DNA from: Flagellimonas oceanensis | Lineage (GTDB): Bacteria; Bacteroidota; Bacteroidia; Flavobacteriales; Flavobacteriaceae | DNA: 21,672 nucleotides | Direction of reading: 5' to 3' | Assembly (NCBI RefSeq): GCF_003992595.1 | Contig: NZ_RZNA01000047.1 | Span: 167,870 to 189,541, forward strand | In this document: piece by piece, positions 17,353 to 21,672 of the stretch | Position numbering within the stretch: the first letter of the stretch is position 1 | Layout: every line of letters begins with the position of its first letter | Notes under the pieces: generated by a model | Database searches by the model: none | The model's input: the letters and a program-made list of their open reading frames with translations, nothing else | Told to the model about the DNA's origin: nothing | Position numbers and translations under genes: made by a program

Positions 17353-17535
17353 AAATGATCTCCTTGGATGCCCTAGTTTTTCTTTAAAATTCTAAATATG
17401 AATCTGTTAATAATTTTATGTTAATATTGACAACTTGTTAAAATTTAGTTATTTAACTGTTAATCGTGTAACATCGAAGCTTTTGAGAAGTCTATTTTTA
17501 TAACAAGTAAATTCATTAATCAAAAACAATTCATC

Positions 17536-17928
17536 ATGAAAAAAACAATCTTCACAGTGGCCGCTGTATGTCTGTTGGCCCTAAGCGGTGTTTCTGCCAA
17601 TGAGCTGAAAGCCAATGAAACGGAATCAACCATTGAAATGGTATCGCCGGATGCTTTGAGCGCTTTTTGTAAGGCGGTCATGCAGGGCGATGTGGAAACC
17701 GTGAAAAAATTCATTGAACTTGGAGAGGATGTCAACCAAAAATCCTTGGGCAAAGCACCTATCCATTATGCTGCACGTTACAACAAGGCCGAAGTGCTCA
17801 AAGTGCTTATTGCCAATGGTGCAGACCTTAAAAAACGTTGTGATGGTGGGATGACCGCCATGAAATACGCCAAATTGTCCAACGCTACCGAAGCACAGGC
17901 CGTGTTGGAAGCTGCTATGAAAAAATAG
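17536..17928 (+). CDS. secreted ankyrin-repeat protein (130 aa)
   Basis: Signal peptide MKKTIFTVAAVCLLALSGVSA. ANK consensus in APIHYAARYNKAEVLKVLIANGADL, plus flanking degenerate repeats. Confidence 0.8.
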   Translation: MKKTIFTVAAVCLLALSGVSANELKANETESTIEMVSPDALSAFCKAVMQGDVETVKKFIELGEDVNQKSLGKAPIHYAARYNKAEVLKVLIANGADLKKRCDGGMTAMKYAKLSNATEAQAVLEAAMKK

Positions 17929-17955
17929 AAAAGGAGTTTATTCGTCCAAGAACGA

Positions 17956-17985
17956 AAAGGGCCCATCCGATCGGATGGGCCCTTT
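17956..17985. terminator. bidirectional rho-independent terminator
   Basis: AAAGGGCCCATCCGA / TCGGATGGGCCCTTT, a GC-rich palindrome flanked by A and T runs. It sits between the convergent ankyrin gene and the 55-aa ORF. Confidence 0.75.
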
Positions 17986-18028
17986 GCTCATTTTACATAT
18001 TCAGTGTTCTTGCAAAAGAGTGTGTCTC

Positions 18029-18196
18029 TTAGAATTCAAAACCTGTGAAAGCCCTGTACAAAAATGCGTAGAAAGCCATGAATAACATGACCGCGCAAAA
18101 TATGGAGTATCCTTTTAAAAAGAATACCACAAAGCTAGGTTTGCAATCGTCAAATGCCTCTAAATAGAGATTTTTAAAGTGTACTAGTGTTCCCAT
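18029..18196 (-). CDS. hypothetical small membrane protein (55 aa), absent from the ORF track
   Basis: Hand translation ATG 18196 to TAA 18029-18031: MGTLVHFKNLYLEAFDDCKPSFVVFFLKGYSIFCAVMLFMAFYAFLYRAFTGFEF. It has one long hydrophobic segment and ends just before the bidirectional terminator. Confidence 0.45.
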   Translation of the reverse strand: MGTLVHFKNLYLEAFDDCKPSFVVFFLKGYSIFCAVMLFMAFYAFLYRAFTGFEF

Positions 18197-18309
18197 GTGT
18201 TCTCTTTTTACAGCATAGTAAAGTTAAGAGAACTTATGGTTGATTTGGGGTCAGTTCAAAGATACGGAAATTAAGTCGGAATGCCTTTTTAATCGATAAA
18301 CCGTCAATT

Positions 18310-19074
18310 CTATCGACCTGAATATTTTTCTATGGCTTCCTTTATTTTTTCAATACGGTTTTCGGGATCGGGGTGGGTGCTCTGAAATTCGGGAACCCTA
18401 TCGGGTCCCGCTGCTGCTTTCAACACTTCCATGACCCTGATCATCTCATTGGGGTCGTATCCGGATTGGATCATGAACAGAACACCGAGTTCGTCACTCT
18501 CCAATTCGTCCCCTCTTCCATTTTTAAGTAGTGTGTTTTGACCAATGCCCGCTACTAGGCTTCCCATATCGCCCCCTACCGATGCACCTGTGGCCAAGGT
18601 CTGCCAAAAGCTGCTCTCGGCAATCCGTTCGGCGGAATGTCTGCCGAGCACATGGCCTATCTCGTGTCCCAAAACCCCGGCAAGTTGGGGTTCGTTGAGT
18701 TGGGAGAAGAGGGCGTAGGTAATGAAAATCTGTCCACCGGGCAGTGCAAAAGCATTGATGGTGCGGTCGTCCGCCAAAAGATGAAATTCATATTGATAAG
18801 GGGTTTCCCGAGCCACACTGCTCTTTACCAATTTATTGCCCACGGCATCCACAAGGGCCTGCATACGCTGATCGGGATATAGACCGCCATGTTGCTGTGC
18901 CATTTCAGGAGCGCTCTGCAGCCCTATGGCGATTTCCTGCTCCGCTGTCATGTCGATGTTCTGGGTTCTCCCAGTGTATGGGTTCTCCTCTTGATTGCTG
19001 CACCGGCGGATAAAAGCAAAGGCAACAATGGCCAAACCAATGAGGATGCGTATCCTCCAACTTCCTCTTCTCAT
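18310..19074 (-). CDS. M48-family zinc metallopeptidase (YcaL/BepA-like)
   Basis: N-terminal anchor or signal RIRILIGLAIVAFAF. HEIGHVLGRH zinc motif preceded by NAFALPGG. Confidence 0.85.
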   Translation of the reverse strand: MRRGSWRIRILIGLAIVAFAFIRRCSNQEENPYTGRTQNIDMTAEQEIAIGLQSAPEMAQQHGGLYPDQRMQALVDAVGNKLVKSSVARETPYQYEFHLLADDRTINAFALPGGQIFITYALFSQLNEPQLAGVLGHEIGHVLGRHSAERIAESSFWQTLATGASVGGDMGSLVAGIGQNTLLKNGRGDELESDELGVLFMIQSGYDPNEMIRVMEVLKAAAGPDRVPEFQSTHPDPENRIEKIKEAIEKYSGR

Positions 19075-19113
19075 GGGTCAGTGTTCTTGTTAGTTGAAGA
19101 TACGAAAAAACCG

Positions 19114-19845
19114 TTATAGCAATACAGGGTTGATGTCCAAAATATTATCCTGCACATAGGTCTTGATGAAGCCTGTGGTAAAATGTTCGCTTCCCAAGAA
19201 ATTCTCTTTTTGCATCAATTTTAAAATGTTGAGTTTTCGATACTCCGTGAGCATGGGAATGGATATGGCAGCATAGCTGTAATGCCACGGTTCGTATTTG
19301 AACCCTCTTCTTCTTGGGTTGTCGGTGTATACGAGGTAGAACCCGTATTTGGTCGAATTTTCATCGAGCCAGGCTTTAAAGCCCTCATATGGACCGCCGG
19401 CTTCAAACTTATCAGGGTCAAGCACCCCGCCCGTTACTTTGACATTCCCGTCGATAATGTCAATATCGGTGCCCCAGTGGTGCCTGCTTGTTCCGGGAAT
19501 GGTGGAATATTCTATGATTTTATCGATGGCCTCCAATGGAAACATTCCCTCTTCGGTATAGTTGAGATATTTGCGTTCCCAAATACGTTGTTGATGGTAA
19601 AAATCACGGTAGCTGGACACCATTTGAATGTCAAATCCGTCAGCTTGGGCGGCTTTTTTCATTTCCAAAAAGGATTCGTAGGCTTCTTCTCTCAGGTTGA
19701 TGCCCTCGCCAAAAAGCTCAACATCCGCCTTGCCCATCAGCTCCGCAGTGGAGTAATCCGGGTCGTACATATTTGGAAGAATGGGGGGTAGGGTGCAGGC
19801 CAATCCTGATGCAGAGGCAGTTTTGATAAAAGTCCTTCTTTTCAT
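19114..19845 (-). CDS. M15B (VanY-like) D-alanyl-D-alanine carboxypeptidase family protein with a Tat signal
   Basis: Twin-arginine signal MKRRTFIKTASASGLA. Motifs SSYRDF, SRHHWGTDIDI and EPWHYSY. Confidence 0.85.
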   Translation of the reverse strand: MKRRTFIKTASASGLACTLPPILPNMYDPDYSTAELMGKADVELFGEGINLREEAYESFLEMKKAAQADGFDIQMVSSYRDFYHQQRIWERKYLNYTEEGMFPLEAIDKIIEYSTIPGTSRHHWGTDIDIIDGNVKVTGGVLDPDKFEAGGPYEGFKAWLDENSTKYGFYLVYTDNPRRRGFKYEPWHYSYAAISIPMLTEYRKLNILKLMQKENFLGSEHFTTGFIKTYVQDNILDINPVLL

Positions 19846-19997
19846 GAAATGAATTTTGCCCCCAAGTTAAGAAGTATTTTTAATAGAAAAAGATTTACCC
19901 GAAAGACCCTATCGGGGATTCAGTTGTTATTGTCATTCCCGTGAAAATGGGAATCCAAACAATTGACTTTTTGGTTTTAGGTATAAAAAGGAAATAA

Positions 19998-21164
19998 TTA
20001 TTTGTCCAAAAACAAAAAGCCCGAATATTCCAGTCCCAAATCATCCAGGGTAACTAGATAAAAATAGACGCCTTCGGGCAGGCCGGCCGTTTGATTGGGA
20101 ACCATGCTCCCCGTGTTGGCGACTCCCCTGAACTCGTTGGTGTAGTTGATTTTCTCAAAAACCTTTTGTCCGTAGCGGTTAAAGATTCTCAAACTGTTGT
20201 TGGGCGATTCCTCCATATCATCAATGATCAAGAAATCGTTGATGCCATCGCCGTTGGGACTCAAAAAGTAATTGCCCAATGTTGGATGGTCCACGGCAAA
20301 GGTGTCTGTGGGGAGCGGTACGGTACCAAAGGTGATGGCTGCGTAATCGCTGGGCACAAATGTTTCGGAAGTGACAACGCCTTGTGAAATATCGCCACCA
20401 ATAGCGGAGTTGCCAATGATGACCCATTGGTTGGACGATTTACTCCACCCGACCACGATGATGGATTCCAAAGTTGCATTGGGAATAGTGGCCAAAGCAC
20501 TTCTGGTGTTCCAGGAAATCGTAACCTGAGTGGGCACATCGCTTTGCAAGACCCAAAACTCACGGTCGGTCACGGTTCCGATGTCCTTTACTTTTTCTTC
20601 GGTGTCAAAGGCTTGTATAATGGACGTTGGGTTCGAAGGGTCTTCAAAAAAATAGGCGCATACGGCCAAAGGGGTCGTGCTTTCCGAGTTCAATGTCAAG
20701 GGTCGGAGTTGTTGCGGGTCTCCCACAGGAAATGAAAACACCTCATGATTGTTGATGGCGGCAAAGCCGGTTACTTTGGAAGCATTGCTCTCGCCCGTAA
20801 AAAAACCTTGATCCATAAAGTTCAGGTTTATCGCAGGGATGTTGGTGGGACTTAAGACATCTCCCAGTATAAAATTGACATTGTTCTGAACCATGATGGA
20901 GGTCTGCAAAAATACATTGCTGCCCATCAAGATCTCGGTGTCCCAAAATGTAGGGGATACATTGCCGGAAACGATAATGGGGCGATTCCCGTAAAAACCG
21001 ACCAATCCCGAAGATGGCTCAAAATCGGCATCATTGATAAAATCGGTATGCAGGCCTATCTGTGCATTGTGGTGCACAGCAAAGTTGCCGCTATTGTACA
21101 GCGCACTTTGGGCCACAGCAAAGCTGACCGACAACAAAAATACTATGTGGAGGATGGGTTTCAT
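19998..21164 (-). CDS. T9SS type B C-terminal sorting domain protein (388 aa)
   Basis: The track start at 21194 is TTG. The ATG at 21164 gives the signal peptide MKPILHIVFLLSVSFAVAQS. The last 91 aa (20001-20273), NYFLSPNGDGINDFLII...RIFNRYGQKVFE...LPEGVYFYLVTL..., match the gliding-motility-associated (type B, TIGR04131-like) CTD. Confidence 0.8.
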   Translation of the reverse strand: MKPILHIVFLLSVSFAVAQSALYNSGNFAVHHNAQIGLHTDFINDADFEPSSGLVGFYGNRPIIVSGNVSPTFWDTEILMGSNVFLQTSIMVQNNVNFILGDVLSPTNIPAINLNFMDQGFFTGESNASKVTGFAAINNHEVFSFPVGDPQQLRPLTLNSESTTPLAVCAYFFEDPSNPTSIIQAFDTEEKVKDIGTVTDREFWVLQSDVPTQVTISWNTRSALATIPNATLESIIVVGWSKSSNQWVIIGNSAIGGDISQGVVTSETFVPSDYAAITFGTVPLPTDTFAVDHPTLGNYFLSPNGDGINDFLIIDDMEESPNNSLRIFNRYGQKVFEKINYTNEFRGVANTGSMVPNQTAGLPEGVYFYLVTLDDLGLEYSGFLFLDK

Positions 21165-21672
21165 GGAGTGAATTGAATTACCATGAATTGCCAAGCTGAA
21201 TTTTGAGGATTACCACTTGTATTGAAAATGTGTACTTCAAATGAATTGGCTCCTTGGTTTGCTACTTGAATAATCCCTGAGGTAGTGCCATTAACGGTTA
21301 ATTGAACTATATAATCAGTAGATATTGGTGTGTTAAAGGTTACTGTATATACTCCGGGATCTGAAATCCGAGATACATTATTAATAAAACTTGATAGGGT
21401 ATTTGAGCTTGCATCCGCATTAACATGTCCCATGCCAATCACAATTGAAGTCAAAGGACTTTGCCAAGAAACATTTCCTCCAAGTGTTGTTAGAACCTGT
21501 CCGTTTGTTGTGGAAGGTTTAACCCTTAATTGGTCTGTATTAACTTCTATTGTTGAATCATCGACATTTACATCAAGGGCGCCTGTCGTTCCGTTCTGTA
21601 CAAGCCCGTCCCCTGCCACATCTAGGTTTATGGTTGCGGCGTTCACTGCATCTGCGGCTATGTCTGTTGATT
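21161..21672 (-). CDS. C-terminal part of a fibre-like / adhesin-like repeat protein (truncated by the window edge)
   Basis: The frame stays open to position 21672 (...STDIAADAVNAATINLDV...), so the GTG at 21646 in the track is not the true start. Repeat-like LDVAGDGLVQN / LDVNVDDSTIEVNTDQLRVK and GQVLTTLGGNVSWQ resemble tail-fibre-type proteins. The stop TGA overlaps the downstream ATG. Confidence 0.55.
   Translation of the reverse strand, partial: STDIAADAVNAATINLDVAGDGLVQNGTTGALDVNVDDSTIEVNTDQLRVKPSTTNGQVLTTLGGNVSWQSPLTSIVIGMGHVNADASSNTLSSFINNVSRISDPGVYTVTFNTPISTDYIVQLTVNGTTSGIIQVANQGANSFEVHIFNTSGNPQNSAWQFMVIQFTP

Noticed and set aside
21161-21646. The track entry presenting the last ORF as a complete 161-aa protein
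   Set aside because: The M is a GTG (plus CAC at 21644-21646). The same frame continues without a stop to position 21672, so the gene is truncated by the window edge.
21165-21672. Diversity-generating retroelement target, suggested by the variable tip of a fibre-like protein
   Set aside because: There is no reverse transcriptase gene in the window, and I could see no template-repeat copy of the 3' end. The idea remains only as a check in the GC-shift finding.
1-21672. Scan for tRNA or rRNA genes, CRISPR arrays, IS elements, integrases, toxin-antitoxin pairs and known defence genes
   Set aside because: None found by eye. The intergenic regions are short or AT-rich without cloverleaf-like GC stems. 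There is no array of regularly spaced direct repeats, and no ORF has transposase, recombinase, nuclease or NTPase hallmarks.

Overview
This 21.7 kb segment reads like the chromosome of a marine Flavobacteriia (Bacteroidota) bacterium. That placement is an inference from three things: T9SS-associated genes, exact TAnnTTTG -7 promoter boxes 17-34 nt upstream of the first ATG of several operons, and the protein families recognised by eye. Coding is dense and mostly housekeeping. From left to right the window holds rsmG, a creatininase-family hydrolase, pruA, apaG, a DUF3667 zinc-ribbon membrane protein and a DUF5103/T9SS-plug-like protein. Next comes the complete Na+-NQR operon nqrABCDEF, which ends in a strong terminator. 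After the terminator sits an uncharacterised 119-aa ORF spaced 1 nt from apbE. Further right are a minus-strand gpmI-map-methyltransferase operon and a secreted ankyrin-repeat protein. These are followed by a Tat-signal M15 peptidase, an M48 peptidase and a 55-aa membrane ORF that is missing from the ORF track. At the right edge, a T9SS type B CTD protein overlaps (ATGA) a truncated fibre-like repeat protein of lower G+C. I saw no rRNA, tRNA, CRISPR array, transposase, integrase or recognisable defence gene. The ORF track allows TTG and GTG starts, so I trimmed several N-termini to the first ATG. I do not see a convincing, complete novel system here. The best leads are: (1) the truncated fibre-like / type B CTD pair at 19998-21672; (2) the orphan ORF coupled to apbE behind nqr; (3) the unlisted small membrane ORF with the peptidase pair; and (4) an unusually long, repeat-bearing convergent spacer at 749-1008. 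All functional calls rest on motif recognition without database searches.
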